Both the position numbers and the translations under genes were made by a program. DNA of 62,128 nucleotides, counting the filler. It is 12 parts of 12 records of this genome, joined end to end, with 100 filler letters (N's around TTAATTAATTAA, not from the genome) between each part and the next. Parts side by side here need not be neighbours in the genome. Positions count along the whole stretch, not along the records: positions 11,663 to 16,488 come from SRR7504441_4556; positions 16,589 to 19,637 come from SRR7504441_4557; positions 19,738 to 25,143 come from SRR7504441_4567; 9 more parts are not named here. One strand, 5' to 3'. This document shows positions 11,924-22,700 of this stretch, in pieces. How positions within the stretch are numbered: the first letter of the stretch is position 1; every line of letters starts with the position of its first letter. The notes beneath the pieces are model-generated. The model was not told the origin of the DNA. It made no database searches and saw only the letters and a list, made by a program, of their open reading frames with translations.

Positions 11924-12237
11924 CCTGGCACGCTCACAAGACAGCACAGCCTAGTCTCTGGCGTGAGTGCTACAGCGCGCCGATGGCATCTCTCAGTGAT
12001 TACAGGCTGTGGCCAGGTGCGCTCTGTCACCGACCCGCGGTCACCCCCCCAGGCAAGCCAGGAGGCCAGCGCACCGTGTGAGCCAACTGCGCCCACCTCT
12101 GCCGCACCCACCCCGGCTCACCGGCTGATCCCGGACACCGCACTCGCGCTCCCTGCCAAGGGGATCCACCTCTCGGTGCCCCTGATCAGGCGTTCAGCTT
12201 GCGTCAACGGAAGAAGTGCTTCGAGTGAGCGGTCGCG

Positions 12238-14244
12238 ATGACCGACGTCGAGTTCTCGCGGCTGGAGGAGGGGCCGCTTGAGCCGCCACCGCCGCGACGG
12301 GGCTGCTGCGCCTGGATAGCGTCGCTGCTCTCGGCGGCGTCGCTGGACATCTCAGACGAGCAAGAGCGGCAGGCCCGGCGGCAGGGGGCAGACCCCGGTG
12401 TGCGAAAGGTGACACTGGGCCGGATCGTGTCGGAGGTGAAAGGCGAGTGGCAGCTGTTTGGGATCGCCACCGCGTTCAGTCTGGTCGGGGGGGCCGCCGC
12501 CCAGGGCACGCCGTACCTGACCGGGCTGCTGCTGGACGCGCTGACCGAGAAGTGCGAGTTCCGTTACTGCCTGCAGCTGCTTGGGTTCATGGCGGCCTTC
12601 ACGGTGGCCCAGGTGGTGTGCAACTTTCTGCAGCGCAACATGTTCACTTACATCAGTTTCTCCGTGGTCAAACGACTGCGAGAGCAGTGTCTCGAGAGAC
12701 TGCTGCACATGGGCGGCGGCTTCTTTGATAGTAAGAAGCTGGGCGAGCTGATCAGTCGGATGAACGGGGACTCGCAGAAGCTGCAGTTTGCGCTCTCGAT
12801 GCAAGCTCCGAACATTCTCAGGATCACGTCGCAGGCATTGTTTGCAGGCACAATGATGTTCTACATCAATCCGTCGCTGGCTGCGCTCGGCCTGACTGCC
12901 ACGCCACTGCTCGGGTTCCTCACGGTATATTACGGCCGGAAGATCAAGAAATACCAAGGTCATGTCCAGGATCTGCAGGCGGAGGCTGCCGGTCTGGCCA
13001 CAGACATCATCACCAACGTGCGGACCATTCAAAGCTTTGGGCGAGAAGAGCTCGACCAAGCGATCTATTTCGAGCGGAGCCAGGCCACATTCGAAGTGAG
13101 GAAACGGGTCACACTGATGAACAGCTGCCACAACGGCACTACTACTCTGCTCAACTCTACGGTCGACATTCTAGTGCTGGCGTATGCAGCCTGGCTGGTT
13201 CTGGTCCAGCACCCTGGCGGTGGGCCCGGGCCGCTCACGATTGGACTGCTCATAACGTTCAGAATGTATATGAGCACGTGTGTGAATAATGTGGCCGGGA
13301 TCGCTCGCATGTATGTAGCACTGCAAAAGGCGATTGGAGGCACTGAGCACTTCTTTTCTATCCTGGACACGCCACCCGAAATCAGCTATGAAGGGGGACA
13401 TGCACCGCCAATGGCTTCTCAAGGCCAGATCGAGTTCAACGGCGTGACATTCGCGTACCCCTCCCGCCCTGACAAGCTCATCCTGAACTCACTCAGCTTT
13501 GCTACGCCTGCTGGGAAGTGCATCGCCTTCTGCGGCCCAACAGGATCGGGCAAGTCTAGTATTCTCAAGCTTTTGCAAAGATACTACAGCTTGGACGGAG
13601 GAACAATCACTCTAGACGGGTATCCGCTGCACCAGCTGTCTTTGCCGTGGTTGCGCAAGCAAATCGGATCGGTCGACCAAGAGCCGATCTTATTCGGCCG
13701 ATCGATCATGGAGAACATCCGTGTTGGCGACCCGACCGCTTCAGACCTTCAGGTGAAGCAGGTGGCACTCGAGGCCAACGCTGCAAGTTTCATCGAAGAA
13801 CTGCCAGAGGGATACGACACGCAGGCAGGCGAGCGTGGATCTCAGCTGTCCGGAGGTCAGAAGCAGCGCATCGCCATCGCACGCGCCATGCTCAAGAACG
13901 CGCCCATTCTGCTACTGGACGAGGCGACCAGTGCGCTCGACACAGAGAGTGAAGAGGTGGTCTCGGAGGCATTGAATGTTTTGATGAAAGGGAGGACCAC
14001 GATGATGATCGCCCACCGCATGAGCACGGTCGCATCGGCTGACTTGATCATGGTGATCAAGCATGGTTCTCTCGACGAGTCCGGCACACACAATGAGTTG
14101 ATGGCCAAACAGGGCCTCTACTACAAGCTTTACACCGGCCAGGACGTCACAGCGCTTTCAGGTTGCGCGGCGGACTGCCCCAAAGGAGACTGCCCCAAAG
14201 GAGACTGCCCCCCATCAAAATTGTCGCGTGCAAATACAAAATAA
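12238..14244 (+). CDS. ABC transporter B-family half transporter (TAP/ABCB10-like)
   Basis: TM domain, then NBD with Walker A GPTGSGKS, signature LSGGQKQRIAIAR, Walker B ILLLDEATSALD and H-loop AHR. Intronless. Confidence 0.95.
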   Translation: MTDVEFSRLEEGPLEPPPPRRGCCAWIASLLSAASLDISDEQERQARRQGADPGVRKVTLGRIVSEVKGEWQLFGIATAFSLVGGAAAQGTPYLTGLLLDALTEKCEFRYCLQLLGFMAAFTVAQVVCNFLQRNMFTYISFSVVKRLREQCLERLLHMGGGFFDSKKLGELISRMNGDSQKLQFALSMQAPNILRITSQALFAGTMMFYINPSLAALGLTATPLLGFLTVYYGRKIKKYQGHVQDLQAEAAGLATDIITNVRTIQSFGREELDQAIYFERSQATFEVRKRVTLMNSCHNGTTTLLNSTVDILVLAYAAWLVLVQHPGGGPGPLTIGLLITFRMYMSTCVNNVAGIARMYVALQKAIGGTEHFFSILDTPPEISYEGGHAPPMASQGQIEFNGVTFAYPSRPDKLILNSLSFATPAGKCIAFCGPTGSGKSSILKLLQRYYSLDGGTITLDGYPLHQLSLPWLRKQIGSVDQEPILFGRSIMENIRVGDPTASDLQVKQVALEANAASFIEELPEGYDTQAGERGSQLSGGQKQRIAIARAMLKNAPILLLDEATSALDTESEEVVSEALNVLMKGRTTMMIAHRMSTVASADLIMVIKHGSLDESGTHNELMAKQGLYYKLYTGQDVTALSGCAADCPKGDCPKGDCPPSKLSRANTK

Positions 14245-14484
14245 AACCAGAATAAAAACATGTACATTCATGATCATGACCTGCTTTATGAGTCAGATCT
14301 GCACCATATACATGTACATGTATCTGAACCAGCGCGGCTCGCAACTACAGACTCCATTCACTCCAACCATTAATTAAGACTTAGTATCCCTAGTACATGT
14401 ACCAGACTGGTATTGGGTCATGAAAGTTTGCGAGAATCAATCAATTGAACATTTTAATTTACATCATGCAAAGTCATTGTAAAG

Positions 14485-16335
14485 TCAGGTCGAGTGGAAC
14501 TCTTGTGTGTTTGACACCCATACCTTTGCTATTGAATCGTGAAAGTCGCACTTGGCCTTCAAGAAAGCGTCCACTGCACTCATCTGTTTGCCCATCACCA
14601 TTGCAGCCTCCCTGCTTCTCTCATACGCGGGCCAAGCCACAGCCCCTTTAGGCACTCTGTCGGCTGCAAATGTCGCAAACCAGCTGACGAATTCCTGGGA
14701 GAACTCCTCTTGTTGCCTATCCCAGCTCCATAATGGACTGAGCGCACGGCTCATTGTAGACTCTAAGGTGGATACGTTGAAGTCAAACAGGAGTGCTAGA
14801 TCGACCGCATGGTTATCTGGCTCTGTGTCTTCAGGGAAAAAGAATTCGGCTACAGGATGCGTGAGCTGATACCACCATGCATTTGATCCACTCCTGTTCA
14901 CCCATCTAGCCCACCTCCTGCTTGTACAGGTGACTGATGCGTCTGCAGAAAAGTGAGCCTGGGCAGCCCACCACTTGTTCAGGGGTTTGTGCATCTTGGG
15001 GGTTAGTCTAGCTGATTCATTCGAGTAGAGCTCGAATGCTGTTTCTATCTGAGACGTGTTCAATGCCCGCATCTCATTCGACCCATCAGGGACCAGCGCA
15101 AGAAAGCTTCGAAAGTCGCTCTCTGTGCAGCTGGAAGGATCTGCGCAGTTTGGATGCCATACACCCTCATCTTCCATATTCCCACCTATCAAGAGGGGCA
15201 CACCGGGGGCAAGATGACCAGCGGCAGCCAACGCAGGAGGATTGTCAATCAGATCCACCTGGTCGATCGCTGGAACCCATCTAAACGTTGCCCCAACAGG
15301 CTCAAACTGCTGAATGTACGCAGCCCTCGTGATGCTCGCGGCCGATAGCCCAAGCAGACAGTGCAGATCGGTGCATCCAGCCGCTGCCATCAGGTTATCG
15401 AAATCATGCTGCTGCTGAGCAGCTGTCACATTGCCTGGCGAATGTGCAATCACCAAACCTGCGGACACTGGCTCGTCTTCAAGTTCATACGTGCCGCTCG
15501 AGACAGCCGCAGCATGGAACAAGCCCCACGACTTCACCCGCACCAGGTGCTGAAGTACAGAGTTGCCCCCTGCACTCTCCCCGAGCAGCAGCACTCGCTC
15601 CGGGTCCCCGCCAAAGGCTCCTATGTTCCGCTGAATCCATTCGAGCGCAGCGCGCTGGTCCAATATCCCGTAGTTGCCTGTGCCATTTGCAAACTGCCGA
15701 CCTGCCAGCTGTCGACTCGCTGCATATCCGAACACGCCCTGACGGTACCTCACCTCTACGACCACCTGCTCGATGAGACCAGCTCTGTGGAGGCTGTCTT
15801 TGACACGCACGATGTTCTGCCCCGCCTGAACTATCTGACCGCCAGCTGTATCTCGGCTCCATCGATCCCCATGGACGCCGCCACCTTGGTAGCCACCCCC
15901 AGGGATGAACGCCAGAACGGGCAGCTGCAGCTTCGAGGGCCCCGACACACCCACGAGCGCACTCGCAGGCGTGTACACATCTAAATACAGGCAGTCCTCT
16001 GCGCTGCCCTCGGCGAGCTTGATATCCTTCGGGTCCACGCCTGCCCGAAAGAATGTGCTCATATCCGGCTGAGCGCAGTCGCTGCGGCTGTACTCCGAGA
16101 GCTTGAGGGTCGTGCTCCAAGGTCGGACAGGCTGAGGGCTCATCCACCGCAGGCTGCCCACTGGAGGCGCTGCGTACGGTATTCCGAGGAAGACTTGAGC
16201 CCCAGTGACCGGCTCTGTCCTCCCCTCTACTAGCCCGGCGTCGGTGCGAACGATGGGTGGCTGGGTGCAGCCAGCACCCGGGGAACTGATGGCTACCATC
16301 ATCCATGTCGCCTGAAGCAGTTGACGGCGCCCCAT
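14485..16335 (-). CDS. Secreted type-B carboxylesterase (cholinesterase-like)
   Basis: Signal peptide, FLGIPYAAPPVGSLRW, EDCLYLDVYTP, GESAG nucleophile motif, and Glu (EDEG) and His (NHAVDL) of the catalytic triad. Confidence 0.93.
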   Translation of the reverse strand: MGRRQLLQATWMMVAISSPGAGCTQPPIVRTDAGLVEGRTEPVTGAQVFLGIPYAAPPVGSLRWMSPQPVRPWSTTLKLSEYSRSDCAQPDMSTFFRAGVDPKDIKLAEGSAEDCLYLDVYTPASALVGVSGPSKLQLPVLAFIPGGGYQGGGVHGDRWSRDTAGGQIVQAGQNIVRVKDSLHRAGLIEQVVVEVRYRQGVFGYAASRQLAGRQFANGTGNYGILDQRAALEWIQRNIGAFGGDPERVLLLGESAGGNSVLQHLVRVKSWGLFHAAAVSSGTYELEDEPVSAGLVIAHSPGNVTAAQQQHDFDNLMAAAGCTDLHCLLGLSAASITRAAYIQQFEPVGATFRWVPAIDQVDLIDNPPALAAAGHLAPGVPLLIGGNMEDEGVWHPNCADPSSCTESDFRSFLALVPDGSNEMRALNTSQIETAFELYSNESARLTPKMHKPLNKWWAAQAHFSADASVTCTSRRWARWVNRSGSNAWWYQLTHPVAEFFFPEDTEPDNHAVDLALLFDFNVSTLESTMSRALSPLWSWDRQQEEFSQEFVSWFATFAADRVPKGAVAWPAYERSREAAMVMGKQMSAVDAFLKAKCDFHDSIAKVWVSNTQEFHST

Positions 16336-16589
16336 CTCCTTTGATCAGCGGGCAGAGGGGCACTGTACTGTAGAGTCTAGGCAGCGCTTCCGTTACAACG
16401 GCCAATCTCCAGGACTGGTGTGGCTCGGTGGCTAACAAGGACCAGCTTAGACCAGCTAGCCCGGGACCTGGACCGGATCGCCCGCGAANNNNNNNNNNNN
16501 NNNNNNNNNNNNNNNNNNNNNNNNNNNNNNNNTTAATTAATTAANNNNNNNNNNNNNNNNNNNNNNNNNNNNNNNNNNNNNNNNNNNNG

Positions 16590-16712
16590 GAGACGCTGGG
16601 CGATCGGCACCCTGACACTCAAAACACTGCTAATGGGCTGCGTAATGTTCTGAAAGCGAAGGGTGGTTCCGAGGACGAGATTGCAGCGTTGGATCGGCGC
16701 CATGGCATATGA
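16590..16712 (+). CDS. 3' fragment of a TPR (kinesin-light-chain-type) repeat protein
   Basis: ETLGDRHPDTQNTANGL matches the LGxxHPDT TPR motif. Stop TGA at 16710-16712. Confidence 0.65.
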   Translation, partial: ETLGDRHPDTQNTANGLRNVLKAKGGSEDEIAALDRRHGI

Positions 16713-16860
16713 GCAGCCTAAGTACTCTTAGTGAACTTAGTAAGTACATGTATGAGCAGCCTTACTCTTAGTACATGTACTTAGCAGCCTTACTCTAGTA
16801 CTTGGTAGTAGTAGTCAGGTTAGCAGCCTTAGTCAGGTACTTCGAGTACTACTGGAAAGT
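16713..16860. repeat. Degenerate low-complexity repeat built from GCAGCCTTA / CTCTTAGTAC / GTAC units
   Basis: AGCAGCCT(T)A occurs four times, interleaved with TACTCTTAGT and GTACATGTA. Confidence 0.7.
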
Positions 16861-16933
16861 ACAGCCAGCTGATAGCTTCTTGGTAGGAATTCCTAGAGTT
16901 AATTGTGATGAGTTCGCAGAGTGTGCGCGGGAA

Positions 16934-19536
16934 ATGGAGGAGGGGCTGGGTCCGGCGGCCAACCCGGCCCTGGTGCTCTGCCGGCCGTCCGAGCAGCTCA
17001 ACCCGATGGAGCGGCGCCGGCTGGTGGCGAGCAGGCCGGACGATCGAGCGCTGGCCACTGTGCCCGATCCCTCCGACCAGCAGCTCGTGCCGGCGGCCCC
17101 GCCCGAGTGCTTCGACCTGGTTAGCCCGCGGCTGGTTTGGGCGCGATCCGGTCGGCAGGTGGATCACAAGACGGGGAAAGTGCTCCGGACTCCGGACCTG
17201 CCGCACCGGATCGGTGCCGGGGCGGGCCGGCTGGGCCAGCGCGGTCAGGCGGGTGCACAACGGACATGAAACACGAGACCGACAGGCCGCTGATCCCAGT
17301 GAGTGCCGAGCCGTAGCGGCGGGGGAGGGGGGGCAGGTGATGCCGAGCGTGTTCGAGGAGCACCGGCTGGCGATGGTGCGCGGCCGGCGGGGGAGGCGGG
17401 GAGGGGGTGGCAGATGAGGCCGGCCGAGGAGCAGGCGGTGGTGGTGCTCCCCGAGGACGAATGGCGGGAGGAGTGGAAGCCGATTGTGAGATGGCTGCAG
17501 GGGCTCGGGCTGGAGGAGCTGGCATGGAACTTTATAGACGCCGGGTGCGGTCGGATCGTCTGGCTCAGCGAGCAGCGGTGGTGGCAGGTACCTTGACGCG
17601 GAAGACATCAAGGAGCATGGGCTGGAGCAAGAGGACTTCCGCTACCTGAAGATCACTCACCCGGTGCACAAGCTCATCCTGCAGGAGGGCAAGAAGCGGG
17701 CCTTTGAGTACGACAAGTATGGAAATCCGTTCTTTGTCGAAGAGAAGAAGCCAAACGCTCTCGCGACTGAGAACGTCGCGCTGCTTCGGGCCGGCGGGCT
17801 AGAGGCAGAGCTCCTGTTCAAACAGCAGCCCAAGTTCGTCCCGTGCGCCACATGGTGCCGTTAGTGCTGCTGGGGGGGTGAGGAAGAGCAGGTGTGGACC
17901 GCGTGAAGGGTACGTGTTCACGACCAGATTCTACCATCAGCTCAAGTCGCGCGAGGAGACCTGGGCCGGGCTGGACGATAAAGGCATGCCCAAGAACGAG
18001 CCGGTGTACGTCAAGGACAAACTGGTCAAGCAACTCAAGTCCGGACTGATCCCGGGGTCGGCTGCGAGCGCCTTGCTGTGCCTTTATCTCACTCCCATGA
18101 CAGGTACTATCGGGACGCCCCGCCCAAAAAGCTCTCTGCAGAAGACTCTCGGAGCCTGGCGGAGGTGGCAGACAGGGCGCTGGCCGGCTGAGTGCAGGGG
18201 CAGGTTAAGATGGACAAAGCGACGCTGCGTGTGGCGATGAAGGCAGCACCGTTGCTGTACGAGGAGCGGCTGCATCGGTACTCGAAGAAGAAGCTCAAGG
18301 TGTTCATGCAATACCAGAGCTGGAAGCCAGGAGTGCTCCCCGAGCACAAGACTATGCGGAGCGCCATCAAGATCTCGGACAAGTGGCTAGACATCACTGT
18401 CAACCAGCTGATGAGCCACTACATCAAGGTGCTGCTCGATAGTACAATACATGATAGTAGTACAATATAGTATGGTTAGTATGGTTCATCTATCGGGGCA
18501 GGCGTATAATAAAAAGCACCCAGACCTGCCGCTCCCGCTGGACCAGTGCCGGCTGGCCGTCAAGGACAAGTCTTACCTCAGCTACGCCAAGAAGGCGGCC
18601 AATCAGTCTGCAGGCCATGAGAGTGAGCTGCAGGTGGTACCAGACGAGTTCCTCGTGGGCGACGCGTTCATGAACGAGCATGAGGTGTGCTGTGCGCCTG
18701 CCGGGCTGACCCGGTTGGCAGGTGTTTGTGGTGACGCAGGAGGACAGAGCGCGGCAGGAGAAAGAAGTGAATCGGTTGATGGGCAAGCTCAAGGCGGGTG
18801 GCGGGCGGGAGCCTGGGCGAGCGGGGAGGGCAGGAGATGGAACAAGCCACGCACGAGGCGCTCACGATCAGCGCGGAGCAGGCAGAGGCGATGTGCACAG
18901 TCTCCAAGGGCGAGGAGCTGGACGAGTACAAGCCGTACGCGCTGCTGATTGGACTCGGCAAGACCTATGCCGTCGAGATTCAGCCACAGTACACCATGGC
19001 TGACTTGAAGCTTTTCATATCAGCCAAGTCCAAGTGCCACACCCAACGGAAATGCCGTTACCCGGGGCTAGGCTGCCGTTGGACGCGATAGACTTGGCTA
19101 CTAGTTCTAAGAACAAGAAAGTCGAGCGGGACATCGACATCAACGTGACCGTTCAGTTGAGCTTAACTCTGGTTAAGTATGGCCCAGGTGGTCCCAGACG
19201 AGGAGACCTGCGAGCAACTCTCCCGGAGGATCAATGATCTGACCATCACAGGGCCGGTCAGTCCGCAGTATGCAGCTTGTCAGTGAGCGCACTGCAGGGG
19301 GTCAAGGCGGCACTGTGTATTAGCTACGGAGTCAGGCTCAAAGACCCGGTGGGCTTTGATCTAGTTGCACCGGGGCCGAGTGGAGTCGGGCTAGGTATAC
19401 GACTTCAGGGTGCCGACGGTGCACGCGCCGGGCTCGTTCATGCCGGAGCAGGCAAAGATGGTCTGGGCTAGGCCGCTCAGTATGGGTGCAGGAAGCGCGG
19501 CCGCAAGCAAACGAGGATGGCGAGATTAGGGTATGA
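16934..19536 (+). CDS. Intron-rich gene (about 17 short introns) encoding a SAM-domain protein with probable ubiquitin-like domains
   Basis: Spliced SAM domain: WLQGLGLEELAWNFIDAG|YLDAEDIKEHGLEQEDFRYLKITHPVHKLIL. Ubl-like segments: KISDKWLDITVNQLMSHYIK|AYNKKHPD and GKTYAVEIQPQYTMADLKLFISAKS|KLPLDAIDL. Confidence 0.7.
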
Positions 19537-19737
19537 TCGCATAGAGAACGCTCCAGTGTAACCATAGTGTGCCTAGCTTTGTATGAAAGTATTTAAACTC
19601 CGTGGTCAAGAGATGAATTCCATTTTAATGCGTGAATNNNNNNNNNNNNNNNNNNNNNNNNNNNNNNNNNNNNNNNNNNNNTTAATTAATTAANNNNNNN
19701 NNNNNNNNNNNNNNNNNNNNNNNNNNNNNNNNNNNNN

Positions 19738-22700
19738 GACGTGTGAGGCTTTGACTGAGCACCTGAGCGAGCTGTTCGCTGCTCCGATTTTGGTGTCCTC
19801 AGTCACTGCAATTTCGACGGTAGCCCCGACATCCGCAGTCCGTGTTGTGAGTGCAAGCTGTACATTGCCTAGCAGCATCACTGCTCCACATCATTTGCAG
19901 CCATTTTTAACCTTGGCGCAAGGCGGTATCCGTACAGTGCCAGCAGAGCGCTGGGATCTTGAGGAGTGGTTTGATGCTGACACTACCATGCCGGGCAAGA
20001 TGTATACTCGGCATGGTGGCTTTCTGGCCCCAGGCATCGCTGAGAAATTCGATACGGGGTTTTTCAATATCTCTGCTAGTGAAGCCAAGTTAATGAGTCC
20101 ATCTCAGCGGCTTGTTTTGGAGCATGTAGTGCAAGCTTTGCATGGTGCAAAATGGCGAATGGCTGACTTACGAAACAAATCTATTGGAGTGTTTGTTGGC
20201 ACATGTCATAATGACTGGGAACGCATTCAGTATGATAAGGGTCCGTCAATTAGCCCCTATACGACGACAGGAATCGCCACTTCTGTCATCGCTGGCCGCG
20301 TCTCTTACCGGCTAGGTCTATTAGGGCCATGCATGGTTGTTGACACGGCGTGCTCTTCAAGCCTGGTTGCTTCCAGTCTTGCACGTGGATGCCTTACAGC
20401 AGATGACTGTAGCGAGGCACTTGTAGTTGGCGAAAATCTTTTGCTTGATCCAAACATGACTGTTCAATATTCACAGACAAAAATGATGTCAAAGGAGGGC
20501 CAGTGCAAGACATTTGACGAAAGTGCAAATGGATATGTCCGGGCCGAGGGTTGCCTGGCTTTTGTGTTCAGAAATAGAAACTGCGAGGAAGATGCTGATC
20601 GACACCATGCAGCGCTGCTTGCTGCCGCAATCAATCAAGATGGTGCTAGTGCCAATTTGACCTCTCCAAGTGGACCAGCCCAGCGAATGGTTATCAAACA
20701 TGCCCACAAACGCTCTGGCATCTCTGGGCAAGATGTAACATGCTCGGAGTTCCATGGAACTGGCACTGCTCTGGGCGATCCCATTGAGATTTCTGCAGTA
20801 TCAAATGTCCTTATCAACCGCAAGGACAGTGCGGGATCTGTTCGCGTTGGAGCGCTGAAGTCACAATTGGGACACTTGGAGGCTGTTGCAGGTGGGGCGG
20901 GCCTTCTTCGTATTGTCCTGGCACTTGAGCAGAACGCACTGTGCACAAATCGCCACCTGAAGGTACTGAATCCTCATATTGGACCTGATGCATTGCCATT
21001 TGCACTTGCACCGCAAGTGATGCCTGCCCGTCCCAGAGATTCACAGTTGATTGATGGTCTTAGTTCTTTTGCAATGTCTGGAACAAATGCACATGCTGTG
21101 GTTAGTGCACAATACCAGGCTCGATGTCAGGCATCAGATTGGGCATTCTTGCAATATCACCATGCATCTTTCACATGGTGGGACCACGCAGTGGACTCTG
21201 GCACAAAGTCACACGAGCTACTTGGTGTGCAAGTTCAAACTGGCGATAGCAAATCCGTAGAATGGGAACGCACCTGGCCACAAGCTGCTTGCAGCTATAT
21301 GATGGACCACCAAGCTGGCCACATCCCACTTGTTCCAGGAACTGTGTTCCTTCAACTGGCTCGAGCAGCAGTCTCAAGCATTGAGTCAGAAGTCAATACT
21401 GAGCTGGACAACATTAAATTCGAAGCAATGTTCCAGCTTGGAGACAGCAATGCATCCCAAGGTCCAACGACGTGGATCTCGCTTGTTGAGTCACTCTGTC
21501 AAATTGACTCACAGACAGGTACTGGTGAGCGCACGCAGCATGTTGCCATGGTTGCGTTGAGTAAGAAATACCTTCTGGGGGAAGCAACTGGTTTAAAGCA
21601 GTTAACTGATTCTCTAGATCAACTTGAGGCTCTTGATGGACCCACATTCTATGCAGCAACAGGCAACAATTACCGGAAAGAATTCAGATCTCTTGCAACA
21701 GCATGGTTGCTGGATGATAGTGAAGCGTCTTCAGTCATGGTTAAGGTCATATTCAAGACAACTGCAGTTCCTCCAGGCCTTGGCGCTGATGAATATGCCA
21801 ATTTACACTCTGCTGCATGGATGGATGTCTGTACTCAGCCTAAAGTCCTGTCTTATGCGTCTCACGATGGTCGCCCATTCTTATTTGCAGATTTGGGCAG
21901 GTGTGAATTCCCAGCCAGCCTCACAGCAATGGACCAGGTGATGTGGGGCTTTGGCAGCCACACAGAAGGTACTGCTCTGATGGATGAGAATTGCAATTCC
22001 ATGGGCCACATGGGCCTGGCCAACCTCTTTTTTGTACCATCAGGACAGCTGGAATCTCAACGTTCCCACAAGGATTATGATCAAACCCAGTATCTGTGGG
22101 ATGCAGAGTGGACTTGCCTTCAAGATACTAGCACGCCGGTGCACGCTGGGTCACACCAAGTATTTGCCCATTGCGATCTCAATGACAATGCTTTTGCAAC
22201 AGCGCTAGGAAAAACAAGCAAAGCTTATTACACAGGCTTAGTTGAGGAGGGCATTGCGCCTCATATCATGATGAGCGATGTGCTCAAATTCATTCAAAAT
22301 GCTGTGAAATTGAGTGATCCTCCACAGTGTGTTCTGGTTTCATTCAGCTCCCAGGCAGCCCTTGAAATCAGCTCGGAATCGTGTCGTTGCTGGCACCAGG
22401 GCGGCATCTGGGGCATGGCACGATCAGTGCGAAACGAACATCCAGAACTAGCGCTTCAGTGCCTTGGCTTCTCCTCAATGTCTGAGGCCCAGGGCTTTGT
22501 TTCAGGAGATGCAATTCAGTGTCCTGAGCTAGAGAACGAACTTTTGAAGCGTGGCAATGAGTACTATGGGCGCCGTCTTGTTGCAAGTACAATTAATATC
22601 TCGCCCAATTGCATTTCATCCAAAACTAATTCTCTCACTCAGTGTGCCGCTGATTTACCAACGTCTGCCGTGAAGTTCATGACTGAGACAGTTGCAGATC

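Noticed and set aside
14173-14212. 15-bp tandem repeat encoding DCPKG at the ABC transporter C-terminus
   Set aside because: A short local duplication in a disordered tail, with no evidence of function.
16934-19536. Frameshifts and in-frame stops suggesting pseudogenes or a reassigned genetic code
   Set aside because: The breaks I traced are resolved by short GT/GC-AG introns. Long intronless genes read cleanly in the standard code, and TAA, TAG and TGA all serve as stops.
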